A stretch of DNA of 64,000 nucleotides, from contig OY763927.2 of NCBI GenBank assembly GCA_963667665.2, positions 1,216,001 through 1,280,000 on the forward strand. The letters run 5' to 3'. The first letter of the stretch is position 1, and each line of letters begins with the position of its first letter. A model generated the notes under the pieces. It did not search any database, had not been told where the DNA came from, and saw only the letters and a program-made list of their open reading frames with translations. A program made the position numbers and the translations under genes. The stretch comes from Nitrosopumilus sp. (GTDB lineage: Archaea > Thermoproteota > Nitrososphaeria > Nitrososphaerales > Nitrosopumilaceae). Below, piece by piece: positions 46,793 to 56,899 of this stretch.

Positions 46793-48889
46793 CTATATCA
46801 ACAATATCAGAACTACGAATAGTAATCCTGCTCCAAATACGAATAGATAAGATTGTGAGACACCAGTTTGCGTTCCTTGGACAACTTTAGCACTCCAACC
46901 AACTGCTTTCTGGAATCCATCGTTCATACCATAATCTATAGCTGTCTTTTCAAAGTATCTGAATACACCTCTTGATAACCATAATGGTGCTGCAACAAAG
47001 CACCAGTATATGATGGCGTTAAGATACCATCGATTTAAGAGAAATTTATGAATTCCATAAAAGAATAGATTAGAGTTTACAAATTTTACAGGATCAACCC
47101 ATCTACCAATATAGAAGATGTAGCCTAATCCAGCACCTATTGCAAATGCTGCCAATGATGAACCAACTGCAACAGGATTAAGTCCTTGCAAGAATTCTGG
47201 TAGAATTGATGATTCATTTGCATAATGTTCAGTGTGAATACCAAAGGAATTTTCAAGATAATCTACAAACGTATGGTGAAGTCCTTCTTCGAATGATAAT
47301 CCAATAAGACCAATTCCAATAGTTAGAACTGCAAGAATTCCATATGGAATCCACATTGATAATGGTGCTTCATGGATATGGTGTCCTTCTTCTTCCATCT
47401 TTTCGATGTGTTTGCTCTTCTTTCCAAAGAAGACCAGTCCCATCATTCTCATAGTATAGAAAGCAGTAATGACTGCAGTAAATACAGCAATTGCAAACAA
47501 TGGAATTGCCCATTCATTTCCAGATTCATAGACTGCTGCAAAGATTGCATCCTTACTCCAGAAACCTGTTGTGATAAATGGAGCACCCATTAATCCAAGA
47601 CCAGCTGCCCACATGAATGCATATGTTTTCTTCATCTGTTTTCTCAGACCGCCCATATCTGTCATAAATCGAGAGCCAACAGTATGCAATATAGCACCAG
47701 CTGCCATGAATAATGAAGCTTTGAACATTGCGTGTGAAATTAAATGGAAGAATCCTGCAGTGTAGCCATCAACATATTGATAAGATAATCCTGCAACACC
47801 TAATGCCATCATCATGTAGCCAATTTGAGAGCCGGTAGAATAAGCAAGAACTTTCTTTATTTCAGGATTCACCATTGCTTGTGTTGCAAGTAATAGTGCG
47901 GTAATTGCTCCAATCCAAGCAATAATCTCAAAGAATTGATCAGCAAGAATTCCTGCTGCTCCTAATGCAAATACAAGAGGACCTATTCTTGCAACTAAGA
48001 ATACACCGGCCTTTACCATAGTAGCTGCGTGAATCAATGCAGAAACAGCAGTAGGGCCAGTCATTGCTTCTAACAACCATTCGTTTAGCGGGAATTGTGC
48101 TGATTTTCCTACAGCTCCTCCAAAAATTAAAACAAACGCAGGAACCAAAAGCCCTTGAGAGGCCATTGTAACGGCCCATTCTGTATCTCCAATTAATTCT
48201 TTGAATCCAAAAGTATCTGCATACACAAATATCAAGAGCATACCTGCAATCATCATTACATCACCAACTTTGGTCATGATGAATGCCTTCATACCAGCAT
48301 GAGTTGGAGAATAGTAATCTAACATGCCAAGAACTGTACGTCCTTCAGTACCAACATGATCTTTCTTTTTATCGCGATACCAAAAGCTGATCAATGCATA
48401 TGACGCAAGACCTACACCTTCCCATCCAAAGAATACTTGAAGTAAGTTATCAGACATGACAATTAATTGCATTGAACCAATGAAGAACATCATCCAGAAC
48501 CAGAATCTTGTAATGTCTTTATCGCCTTTCATATATCCTGTACTGTAAATTAAAATGAGAAATGAAATCCAGCCAACAACATTTGACATTATAATGGAGA
48601 GTGGATCTGCCAAGACACCGGCTTTAAGACCAAGTGATTCTATCCATGGAATTTGATGATGTATTTCACCGGCCTCTAAAACAATTGGTATCATTGATGC
48701 TGCAGATAATGTGCTCATCAAAGCAAATCCAACTGCAATATAACCAGTTGCGTGTTTTGATAAGTGGCCAGTTCCGTATTTTGATAATTTAGCAATTCCA
48801 GGTATGATTAGAGCTGCTGCAAATGGAAGAATCCAAACTAACCAAGCACTAGTTGCTCCAATTTCAAATCCCATTAATTCAGTTGCCAT
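46793..48889 (-). CDS. nuoL: Complex I subunit L
   Basis: GWEGVG, GKSAQFPL, AMTGPTAVSALIHAATMV. Confidence 0.95.
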   Translation of the reverse strand: MATELMGFEIGATSAWLVWILPFAAALIIPGIAKLSKYGTGHLSKHATGYIAVGFALMSTLSAASMIPIVLEAGEIHHQIPWIESLGLKAGVLADPLSIIMSNVVGWISFLILIYSTGYMKGDKDITRFWFWMMFFIGSMQLIVMSDNLLQVFFGWEGVGLASYALISFWYRDKKKDHVGTEGRTVLGMLDYYSPTHAGMKAFIMTKVGDVMMIAGMLLIFVYADTFGFKELIGDTEWAVTMASQGLLVPAFVLIFGGAVGKSAQFPLNEWLLEAMTGPTAVSALIHAATMVKAGVFLVARIGPLVFALGAAGILADQFFEIIAWIGAITALLLATQAMVNPEIKKVLAYSTGSQIGYMMMALGVAGLSYQYVDGYTAGFFHLISHAMFKASLFMAAGAILHTVGSRFMTDMGGLRKQMKKTYAFMWAAGLGLMGAPFITTGFWSKDAIFAAVYESGNEWAIPLFAIAVFTAVITAFYTMRMMGLVFFGKKSKHIEKMEEEGHHIHEAPLSMWIPYGILAVLTIGIGLIGLSFEEGLHHTFVDYLENSFGIHTEHYANESSILPEFLQGLNPVAVGSSLAAFAIGAGLGYIFYIGRWVDPVKFVNSNLFFYGIHKFLLNRWYLNAIIYWCFVAAPLWLSRGVFRYFEKTAIDYGMNDGFQKAVGWSAKVVQGTQTGVSQSYLFVFGAGLLFVVLILLI

Positions 48890-48892
48890 ATT

Positions 48893-50446
48893 CTAAACTC
48901 CCAAAACCCCACTCATGTACGGAATTATTGATTTATAGAATATGTCAGGATAAATCCCCAACACAATAGAAAATCCTGCTAACACCATCATTGGTGCAAC
49001 CATGTACCAACTTCCTTCTTTCACATTTTCAAGATGTTCAGGAGTTTTACCAAAGAATACACGCTTTAGCATCCAAAGAAGATAAGACATTGTAAGAACT
49101 GTTGCAACAAGACCCAAACCAAATCCCACTGCTCGAAGTGTAGAACCTTCTTCAAGTGCAGTCTCTAATGCGCCAGCAAAGAGAATCCATTCTCCCATGA
49201 AACCGCTGGTTGGTGGTACGCCCATTATAGTCAAGGCACCAATTACTGCACATACTGCTGTAATTGGCATCTTGCCAGCCAATCCTCCAAGTTTTGAAAT
49301 ACTTCGGGTTCCGACTTTAACGATAATAATTCCAGCCATCATGAAGAGAATACCTTTTCCAATAGCGTGTGTTACATACATCATCTCAGCACCCGTAAGA
49401 CCAAGTACAGAAATTGTACCAATACCAAACAAGAGATAACCCATTTGGCTGATACTAGAGTAAGCAAGAAGACGTTTCAAGTCGTCTTGCATCAACGCCA
49501 TTGCACCGCCATAAATCATTGTAACAAGACCCCAAATGTAGAACCATATTGAAAGGTCAGCAAATGTAGCAGGTAAGAATTCAACAATTAATCTGAACAT
49601 ACCATAAATACCAATTCCAATCATGGCTGGAGACAACAATGCACTAATTGGTGTTGGTGCAGCACCGTGGACATATGGGAGCCAAATGTGAAACATAAAG
49701 ACTGCTAGTTTAACACCAAGACCTAATGCAATCGCAACTGCAGAAAGCATTGCAATGTCTTGAGGAATTTCTGATTCATTAATATCTGCAAAGTCAAAAC
49801 TTCCAACACTAAGACCAATCATCAAAAAGCCTAAAAGTAAAACAACTGCACCTGAGTGAGTCCAAAATAAGAACATCAAACCAATCTTTCTTCTATTACC
49901 TGCACCCCAAAGAGCAACTAAGAAGAAACCTGGAATCAACATGATCTCAAAGAATACAAAGAATTCAATCAGGTTTGTTGCAAGAACTGTTCCAAGCATT
50001 CCCACTGCAAAGAGAAGATAAAGTGCAAAGTATAGTCCAGATTTGGCATTTACATAATTGGTAAGAGCAGCTGATTCAACAACTGCAGTTTGTCCGCTTC
50101 CAGATGGAGTGATGTTTTGTTCTTCTTCGAATTGATGGTGGAATATGTGAATCATATATGGTTTTGAGTAAAGAACCAAGATTGTAGATAGAACGTAAAT
50201 CATTATTGCAAATGGTGATGCTAAACCATCTAACAAGAAACCAAACTCACCAAACTGGGTTGTCCATGGATAATGCTCTTCTACAGTTCCAGAAAGTGCA
50301 GCATTAACTATTAGAATTGTTGCATAAAGCAGAATTGCAAATGTAAACCACATTACAGGTGTAGGACCAAATTTTCTTCCAATAATGTATGCGACTGGAG
50401 CTAACAGTAGAGGCAGTATAACTGCCTGCAATAATGCATATTCCAT
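48893..50446 (-). CDS. nuoM: Complex I subunit M
   Basis: FHIWLPYVHGAAP, DLKRLLAYSSISQMG. Confidence 0.95.
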   Translation of the reverse strand: MEYALLQAVILPLLLAPVAYIIGRKFGPTPVMWFTFAILLYATILIVNAALSGTVEEHYPWTTQFGEFGFLLDGLASPFAIMIYVLSTILVLYSKPYMIHIFHHQFEEEQNITPSGSGQTAVVESAALTNYVNAKSGLYFALYLLFAVGMLGTVLATNLIEFFVFFEIMLIPGFFLVALWGAGNRRKIGLMFLFWTHSGAVVLLLGFLMIGLSVGSFDFADINESEIPQDIAMLSAVAIALGLGVKLAVFMFHIWLPYVHGAAPTPISALLSPAMIGIGIYGMFRLIVEFLPATFADLSIWFYIWGLVTMIYGGAMALMQDDLKRLLAYSSISQMGYLLFGIGTISVLGLTGAEMMYVTHAIGKGILFMMAGIIIVKVGTRSISKLGGLAGKMPITAVCAVIGALTIMGVPPTSGFMGEWILFAGALETALEEGSTLRAVGFGLGLVATVLTMSYLLWMLKRVFFGKTPEHLENVKEGSWYMVAPMMVLAGFSIVLGIYPDIFYKSIIPYMSGVLGV

Positions 50447-50751
50447 TATCCTTTCAGGCTCCTAAAGTCTGCAATATCGACATTTTGATACATACGATAA
50501 GCCACAATAATTAATGAAAGTCCAACTGCTACTTCGGCTGCTGCAATTGCAATTGAGAATAATGCCAAAGTCTGACCTCCACTATCAGGTATGAATCTAC
50601 CAAATGCAACAAGGTTAAGATTTGCAGCATTGATAATTATTTCAATTGCAAATAACATTCGAATAAAGTTACGTTTTACTGCAAGACCGTAAATTCCTAT
50701 GCCCAAAAGAGCAACAGAAACAAGTGTAAAATCAATTAGTTCGTTGGCCAT
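50446..50751 (-). CDS. nuoK: Complex I subunit K
   Basis: IEIIINAANLN, AAAEVAVGL. Confidence 0.95.
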   Translation of the reverse strand: MANELIDFTLVSVALLGIGIYGLAVKRNFIRMLFAIEIIINAANLNLVAFGRFIPDSGGQTLALFSIAIAAAEVAVGLSLIIVAYRMYQNVDIADFRSLKG

Positions 50752-51244
50752 CTTCCACATCCACTCGTCTAGCTAAAACTAATGCACCAGTTACAGTACT
50801 TGCTAAAATTAAACCCATCAAAATTAATGCAGGCCAATAATAAATTACAAAGTCTGCACCAATATCTCTAAAATTAACTGGTGGTTCATCAGTAGTTATT
50901 GTTTTGATTCCAGAATCTATGAAAACTGCACCTAATGACACCATTATTATAAGCATCAAACCAATTCCTGCGAATTTTCTTCTCTTGTCTTCAATTTTTT
51001 TGAAGATGAGTTCTCTTTTTACCAACATGACAGTAAATAAAATTAAAACTGCAATTGAACCAACATAGACTGCAAGTTGAAACAATGCAACAAATGGTGC
51101 ATCTAACAATAAGAAGAATCCAGCAATTCCACCAAGAGAACCCATCAAAGCAATTGAACCGTAAATTAATGATCTCATTTCAAGTGCAGCAATTGCAGAA
51201 CCAATTGTAATTACAGTTAATGCAAGAAAGGCAACATCAGCCAT
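50732..51244 (-). CDS. nuoJ: Complex I subunit J
   Basis: FQLAVYVGSIAVLILFTVML. Confidence 0.93.
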   Translation of the reverse strand: MADVAFLALTVITIGSAIAALEMRSLIYGSIALMGSLGGIAGFFLLLDAPFVALFQLAVYVGSIAVLILFTVMLVKRELIFKKIEDKRRKFAGIGLMLIIMVSLGAVFIDSGIKTITTDEPPVNFRDIGADFVIYYWPALILMGLILASTVTGALVLARRVDVEDGQRTN

Positions 51245-51734
51245 GTGATGCACCTCTATCAGTAATTATGATTTCACTATCTTGTGCAACGTATGGTTTT
51301 ACTTGAAGTTGAGCAGGAGTGTAGATTAATCCTTCTTTAGAAAACGAAGAAAGTTCATAGTCATTAGTCATGTATAGTGCATAAAATGGACATGCATCAA
51401 CACAAAGACCACAGAAAACACATTTACCATAATCAATCTGAGGCATGATTGCTTTCTTGTTGTGTTTATGTTCTTCTGGAACCTTTACCATTGCAATTGC
51501 TTCAGCAACTCCTTCACATGCAATAGAGCACAATTGGCAACCAGTACAATGATCATGAAATAACAGATGACGCCCCTTTAGTCCTGCAATTCCTACACCA
51601 GTTGAAGGATCAAATTGATATCCATCACCTACAAACTTTAGTTTCTCTTCAGGATAACGAAGCGTAAATCGCTTTATTGCAAGATGTTTAATTCCAGAGT
51701 TTAATGCACGAATAATACCTGTAGCAGTTCCCAT
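51237..51734 (-). CDS. nuoI: Complex I subunit I
   Basis: CTGCQLCSIAC and CVFCGLCVDACP. Confidence 0.95.
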   Translation of the reverse strand: MGTATGIIRALNSGIKHLAIKRFTLRYPEEKLKFVGDGYQFDPSTGVGIAGLKGRHLLFHDHCTGCQLCSIACEGVAEAIAMVKVPEEHKHNKKAIMPQIDYGKCVFCGLCVDACPFYALYMTNDYELSSFSKEGLIYTPAQLQVKPYVAQDSEIIITDRGASHG

Positions 51735-53047
51735 TATTGTAACCCTCCTGGCCCAAGCACTCCAGCGTAAAGCAAACCAAGTGCAATAAAGATGTTAATG
51801 AAACAAAGACCGATGAGTTTGGTCCAACCAAGGTTCAACAATAGATCAACTCTGACTCTTGGGAATACACCTCTTGGCAATATTATAAAGAAAATTACTC
51901 CAGCTGTTTTGAGAACAAACCAAAGTGTTCCATTAAGCATTTCTTGTGTTATTGTATCATGAAGTAATGGTCCCAATCCATCAACAGTGAGAGTAATAGG
52001 ACCCATTTCAATTCCTTCAGTAATAATTTGCTCTGGGAATGCAGGTACAACCATTGGTCCATTCCAACCACCAAGGAACAAAACAACAAACAAGGCTGCA
52101 AACGCATAAAGTTTCAGATAGGATCCTAATTGAACAAGTCCATACATCATTCCTGAGAGTTCTGTTAACCATCCAGCTACAATTTCACTTTCTGCTTCTG
52201 GCAAATCAAATGGAATTCTTTCTAATTCTGCAAGCATTGTAATAAAAAAGACAATAGCACCAATTGGTAAAAATATAATCCATGGGAAATTTGCTTGGCT
52301 TGCTGAAATTTCAGACAGGTTTAGAGTTCCAGTCAACATAACAACTCCCAACAAAGACAAGATTAACGGAATTTCAAATGAAACCATTTGGAATAAAGCT
52401 CTAATTCCTCCAATGAATGGATACTTGCTGTTTGCAGACCATGCAGAAAGAATTGTAATGATTGGGAAGAATCCAATTACTGCAAATACACCAAGTAATC
52501 CCAAGTCTATATCTGCAACGACCCAACCAGGAGCTACTGGAATTAATGCAACAAATGCAGCTGCTGTTGCAACAAAGAGTACTGGTGCTGCCCAGAAAAT
52601 TGGTTTATCAGCTTTTGCAGGTATAATAATTTCTTTAGAAATTAATTTTAATCCATCACCCATTAATTGTAAAATACCTTCAACTTTTCCGCAGTAGAAA
52701 GGACCAACTCTTAGTTGTATTTTTGCCATCATCTTTCTTTCAACGAAAATTACTGAAGCTGCCAATAATGCTGCAAAACCAAATCCAGGAAATGCCATTA
52801 CTCTAAAGATGTCAGTTGTCAGGAATGCATGTATTATCGGAAGAAGGCGTGTAGGATTTACTAAAGCTGAAAATGCAAGAAATGGTGTAAGTAATTCTCC
52901 ATCAATTACAGGCAATGGAATGACAAATAAAATCATGAAAATTGCTGGAACTCCAACTAAAACCAATAACAGTAAGATCCAGAAAATATTGTCAAGTAAT
53001 GATTGGACAAATTTACTTAGTTTGAAGTTTGGTGCAATAACTGACAT
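51734..53047 (-). CDS. nuoH: Complex I subunit H
   Basis: ERKMMAKIQLRVGP, RIPFDLPEAESE. Confidence 0.95.
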   Translation of the reverse strand: MSVIAPNFKLSKFVQSLLDNIFWILLLLVLVGVPAIFMILFVIPLPVIDGELLTPFLAFSALVNPTRLLPIIHAFLTTDIFRVMAFPGFGFAALLAASVIFVERKMMAKIQLRVGPFYCGKVEGILQLMGDGLKLISKEIIIPAKADKPIFWAAPVLFVATAAAFVALIPVAPGWVVADIDLGLLGVFAVIGFFPIITILSAWSANSKYPFIGGIRALFQMVSFEIPLILSLLGVVMLTGTLNLSEISASQANFPWIIFLPIGAIVFFITMLAELERIPFDLPEAESEIVAGWLTELSGMMYGLVQLGSYLKLYAFAALFVVLFLGGWNGPMVVPAFPEQIITEGIEMGPITLTVDGLGPLLHDTITQEMLNGTLWFVLKTAGVIFFIILPRGVFPRVRVDLLLNLGWTKLIGLCFINIFIALGLLYAGVLGPGGLQ

Positions 53048-54232
53048 TTACCTATCTGCCTCCACTGGCCAATAATTAAGACTCCAATAAACTGATGGCA
53101 TATTACCAAGTTTTTCACCTTTGAGAAGGTAGGGTAATGCAATCAAGTTTCTAAATGATGGAACACTTAGCTTTAATCTGTATGGCTCAGGTTTTCCATC
53201 AGAAACAATATAGTATCCTAAAGAACCTCTACCAGATTCTACACGTTTGTAAACTGAAGTAAGTCCTTTTCCTTTTGGATTTGGTTTTAGTTTAACTCTA
53301 ACAGAACCAGACTTTGGCATTTTTTGTAATGCTTGTCTAATAATGTTACAACTATCCATTATATCAAGCCATGGTATTTTAGATCTTGCGTAGGCATCTC
53401 CTGCTGTCATTACATTAGTATGGATATCTAATTCATCATAAGCATCATATGGTTCTTTAATTCTTAGATCATAATCTACACCACTTGCACGAAGTACAGA
53501 ACCAGTTGTTCCAAGTCTAATTGCATCTTGACGTGATAGTACACCAGTGTCTTGAGTTCTTGAAATCAGAATTGGGTTATCATAAAAGACTGCTGCATAT
53601 TCTTTAATACGTTTTTCAAAATAGTTTACTTGACGTAAACAAACATCTTCAAAGTTTGGTGGTAAGTCATTTCTTACTCCACCTGGAACAAAATGTGCAT
53701 GTGTAACTCTAGCGCCAGTCATTTTTTCCATAAGATCAATTAAGAGTTCACGGTCACCTGCTGGCCACATGAACATTGTAGAATGTCCTAAGAAGATTCC
53801 ATAAATTGCAAGCCAATACATTATGTAGATACATCTGTTAAGCTCAGATGCAATAACTCTAAGATACTGTGCACGTTCAGGAACTTCAATTCCAAGAATT
53901 TCTTCAACTCCCAATACATAGGGATAAAGAATATTACATGAATCATGAATAACTGGTCTTTCTAAGTGAGGAATGTTTAAGATATAATTTCTATATTCTG
54001 CCATTTTTTCTTCTCCACGATGAACATATCCGGGATCAGGATCACATGCAACGATATAGTCACCATCAATTTGTACAATAAGTCTCATGTGACCAGAACC
54101 TGGATGTTGTGGTCCAACATTGAGAGTCATGATTTTCTCATCAACTTTTTGAAGTGCTAATCCTGGTGGTAACCAATTTGATGATGGTTTTTCCATCTGT
54201 ATTTTTGATGATACTGGTAATTCTGTAGTCAT
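53048..54232 (-). CDS. nuoD: Complex I subunit D
   Basis: NVGPQHP, GYVHRGEEK, C-terminal EADR; ATG at 54232. Confidence 0.95.
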   Translation of the reverse strand: MTTELPVSSKIQMEKPSSNWLPPGLALQKVDEKIMTLNVGPQHPGSGHMRLIVQIDGDYIVACDPDPGYVHRGEEKMAEYRNYILNIPHLERPVIHDSCNILYPYVLGVEEILGIEVPERAQYLRVIASELNRCIYIMYWLAIYGIFLGHSTMFMWPAGDRELLIDLMEKMTGARVTHAHFVPGGVRNDLPPNFEDVCLRQVNYFEKRIKEYAAVFYDNPILISRTQDTGVLSRQDAIRLGTTGSVLRASGVDYDLRIKEPYDAYDELDIHTNVMTAGDAYARSKIPWLDIMDSCNIIRQALQKMPKSGSVRVKLKPNPKGKGLTSVYKRVESGRGSLGYYIVSDGKPEPYRLKLSVPSFRNLIALPYLLKGEKLGNMPSVYWSLNYWPVEADR

Positions 54233-54234
54233 CT

Positions 54235-54852
54235 CTATCTTCCCTTTATTGTAAAGTCCTTTCTGAGTGGAGGTAAATCTGCCCAATCTTCTGGCAAAAG
54301 TAATCGTCTATTATCAGGATGACCTTCAAAGTAAACACCAAACATTTCAAAAACTTCCCTTTCATGAAATTCTACACTGTAAAATACATCTCTAAGAGTA
54401 GGAAGTTTTGTTGCATCACTTCCAGGAATTGGATTTTCTTCTCGTTGAGCCCTAGTAGATAAAGCAAGAATTTGTCTTGCTAATGAGGGATCGGAGTAAG
54501 AGCCTATGTGATATACAACTGCAATTTCTTGTTCTAGAGGATAATCTACACCTGAAACAGATTCTACATGATCATAGTTTAATTCATCACGAATGAATTC
54601 TGCAACATCATGAACATTTTCTCGGCCAACATTAATTCCAATTCTGTCTTCTTTTACAAATGCAACTTCAACTTTATCACCAAACTTTTCAACAATTTTA
54701 TCAGAAATATTTTTTTCAAATGCAGGTAATTCTATTGATGTTTCTTCAGGTTTTTTTACTACAGGTTTTGTTTCAGGTTTAACTTCAGGTTTTGCATCTG
54801 CAGGTTTTGTTTCAGGTTTAGCATCTGCAGGTTTTTCAGAATCAGAACTCAT
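54235..54852 (-). CDS. nuoC: Complex I subunit C with repetitive N-terminal tail
   Basis: EREVFEMFGVYFEGHP, PPLRKDF. Confidence 0.95.
   Translation of the reverse strand: MSSDSEKPADAKPETKPADAKPEVKPETKPVVKKPEETSIELPAFEKNISDKIVEKFGDKVEVAFVKEDRIGINVGRENVHDVAEFIRDELNYDHVESVSGVDYPLEQEIAVVYHIGSYSDPSLARQILALSTRAQREENPIPGSDATKLPTLRDVFYSVEFHEREVFEMFGVYFEGHPDNRRLLLPEDWADLPPLRKDFTIKGR
54784..54837. repeat. 27-nt tandem repeat encoding KPADAKPE(T) in the NuoC tail
   Basis: ttcaggttttgcatctgcaggttttgt then ttcaggtttagcatctgcaggtttttc. Confidence 0.85.
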
Positions 54853-55376
54853 TATACAAACGTCCTAGCCTTCATTCTCTTTATTTTCTCTTGCAGTAAA
54901 ATACATCCTTGGATGAGAGTTTCAGGTCTAGGTGGGCAGCCTGGAACATAGACATCAACTGGAATTACTCCGTCAATTCCTGGAAGTACATTGTATGAAT
55001 CAAAATACAATCCTCCAGTAATTGCACAAGCTCCCATAGCAATTACATACTTTGGTTCTGGCATTTGATCATAAACTAATCTGAGACGTGGTGCCATTTT
55101 TCTTGTAATAGTTCCTTGAACAACAATTAGATCACATTGTCTAAGTGATCCAAATGCTTCAATGATACCAAATCTTTCAACATCATATCTAGGACTTGAT
55201 GCTGCGCCAAATTCAACACTGCAACAAGCTGTTTCAATGTGGACAGGCCAGAGTGACCAAATTCTACCCCAGTTGATGGCGTAGCCCAATGGTTTACCAA
55301 TTGCTTTTTCTAAAATGTCTCCTAACTTTCCTACAAAGACATTTGCATTTTCTGGTGTTACTAAGTCTTTAAGCAA
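54852..55376 (-). CDS. nuoB: Complex I subunit B
   Basis: TACCSVE, MGACA, PGCPPRPE. Confidence 0.95.
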   Translation of the reverse strand: MLKDLVTPENANVFVGKLGDILEKAIGKPLGYAINWGRIWSLWPVHIETACCSVEFGAASSPRYDVERFGIIEAFGSLRQCDLIVVQGTITRKMAPRLRLVYDQMPEPKYVIAMGACAITGGLYFDSYNVLPGIDGVIPVDVYVPGCPPRPETLIQGCILLQEKIKRMKARTFV

Positions 55377-55416
55377 TCTTATCCCCTATCCTCATAAATG
55401 AAATTGATATAAAAAA

Positions 55417-55791
55417 CTACCATATTCTTCTTCTCCCTGATTGATACAATGCAAATGCCATTGCACCAAACATTATAGCTAAAAATCCCATCATAGGTAA
55501 TGTTGCACTCTTTGGAAGTTCCAAAAGAGAACTTCCCCATGCATACAAGAAAATTGCCATGACATCAAATACTACAAACATCAGAATGTATGGATAATAT
55601 TGCATCATAAAGTGAGTTCGTCCTTCTCCTGACGGAACTTGGCCACATTCCATTGGCAAAAATTTTACAGGATTACTTCGTTTTCTTGGAGAAATCATTC
55701 TTGAAATAACTAATGCAGGTGCCATCGCTACTATACCAAAGGCAAACATCAGTACCACTGTACTATAATTGCCCGCTAATTCCCCGACCAA
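55417..55791 (-). CDS. nuoA: Complex I subunit A
   Basis: MECG, FVVFDV. Confidence 0.93.
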   Translation of the reverse strand: MVGELAGNYSTVVLMFAFGIVAMAPALVISRMISPRKRSNPVKFLPMECGQVPSGEGRTHFMMQYYPYILMFVVFDVMAIFLYAWGSSLLELPKSATLPMMGFLAIMFGAMAFALYQSGRRRIW

Positions 55792-55904
55792 TTTAGCTAT
55801 TTGACCGAATTTTTGTATAAAAAGGTATGCTTACTTTTCTAGATCTTGTTTTAAAAAAAATGGTTTTTGAAAACTACTTAATAGGATTATAACGAAAAAC
55901 GTTC

Positions 55905-56369
55905 ATGACATTAAATATTGGGGATGTTGCTCCTGATTTTGAACTTCCAGATACAGAACTAAAGTTGCGGACTTTGGATGAATTTAAAGGAAAAAAAATT
56001 ATACTATCATTCATTGTAGCTGCAAGTTCTCCAGTTTGTGAAGCTGAACTTTGTACACTAAGGGATTCTTGGCAAGAGATTTCAGATCTTGGTGCACAAA
56101 TAATCTCAATCAGTAATGATGGTCCATTTGCAAATAAAGCATTTGCAGAAAAACACCACTTCAATTTTCCATTATTAGGGGATTATAACAGTAAAACAAT
56201 TCGTGATTATGACATATTGATGAAAGATTTACTTCACATTAAGGATTACAATGCTGCAAAACGTTCTGTATTCATAATAATGGAAGATGGAAAGATTGGT
56301 TACAAATGGGTTTCAGAAGATCCATTAAAAGAACCAAACTATGAAGAAATTAAAAATTTCTTAAAATAG
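55905..56369 (+). CDS. Peroxiredoxin (BCP/PrxQ-like)
   Basis: GDVAPDFEL, SPVCEAELC, AKRSVFII. Confidence 0.9.
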   Translation: MTLNIGDVAPDFELPDTELKLRTLDEFKGKKIILSFIVAASSPVCEAELCTLRDSWQEISDLGAQIISISNDGPFANKAFAEKHHFNFPLLGDYNSKTIRDYDILMKDLLHIKDYNAAKRSVFIIMEDGKIGYKWVSEDPLKEPNYEEIKNFLK

Positions 56370-56380
56370 AAAAAAGTTTT

Positions 56381-56893
56381 TTATTCTATTTCTGCAACTA
56401 CGTCGCCTTTGGCAACAGTTGCAGTTTCCTTTACTTTAATTGATTTTATAACACCATCTTTGTGTGCTTTGATAGCTACTTGCATTTTCATAGACTCTAA
56501 AGTACAGACAACATCACCTTTCTTTACAGAATCACCATCAGTAACTGCAATTGATACAACCTTTCCTGGAATTTGACTTTTCAAAGCTAATTGTGCATCA
56601 CCAGTACCACCTCTGCCAGTATTTTTGTAAACAATTTCATCAAAGTGGGAATTAATGTTTAGAGTAATTGGGACATTATCAATTACAAGATTCATTTCAT
56701 TTGTAGATTGTTCAAGATATTTTGCTCGGTGATAGTTTTGATCTAAAATAAATTCAATTCCTTTTGAACTCATATTAATAATTTTTAATGTATGCTCATT
56801 ATCATTAATCTTAATAACATATTCATTATTACCAAGATTTTCTATTATTTTTCCTTCAAATGATTTTTCAATGTCGGGTATTTTATAATCCAT
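56381..56893 (-). CDS. accB: Biotin carboxyl carrier subunit of acetyl/propionyl-CoA carboxylase
   Basis: ESMKM biotinylation motif. Confidence 0.93.
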   Translation of the reverse strand: MDYKIPDIEKSFEGKIIENLGNNEYVIKINDNEHTLKIINMSSKGIEFILDQNYHRAKYLEQSTNEMNLVIDNVPITLNINSHFDEIVYKNTGRGGTGDAQLALKSQIPGKVVSIAVTDGDSVKKGDVVCTLESMKMQVAIKAHKDGVIKSIKVKETATVAKGDVVAEIE

Positions 56894-56899
56894 AATTCA

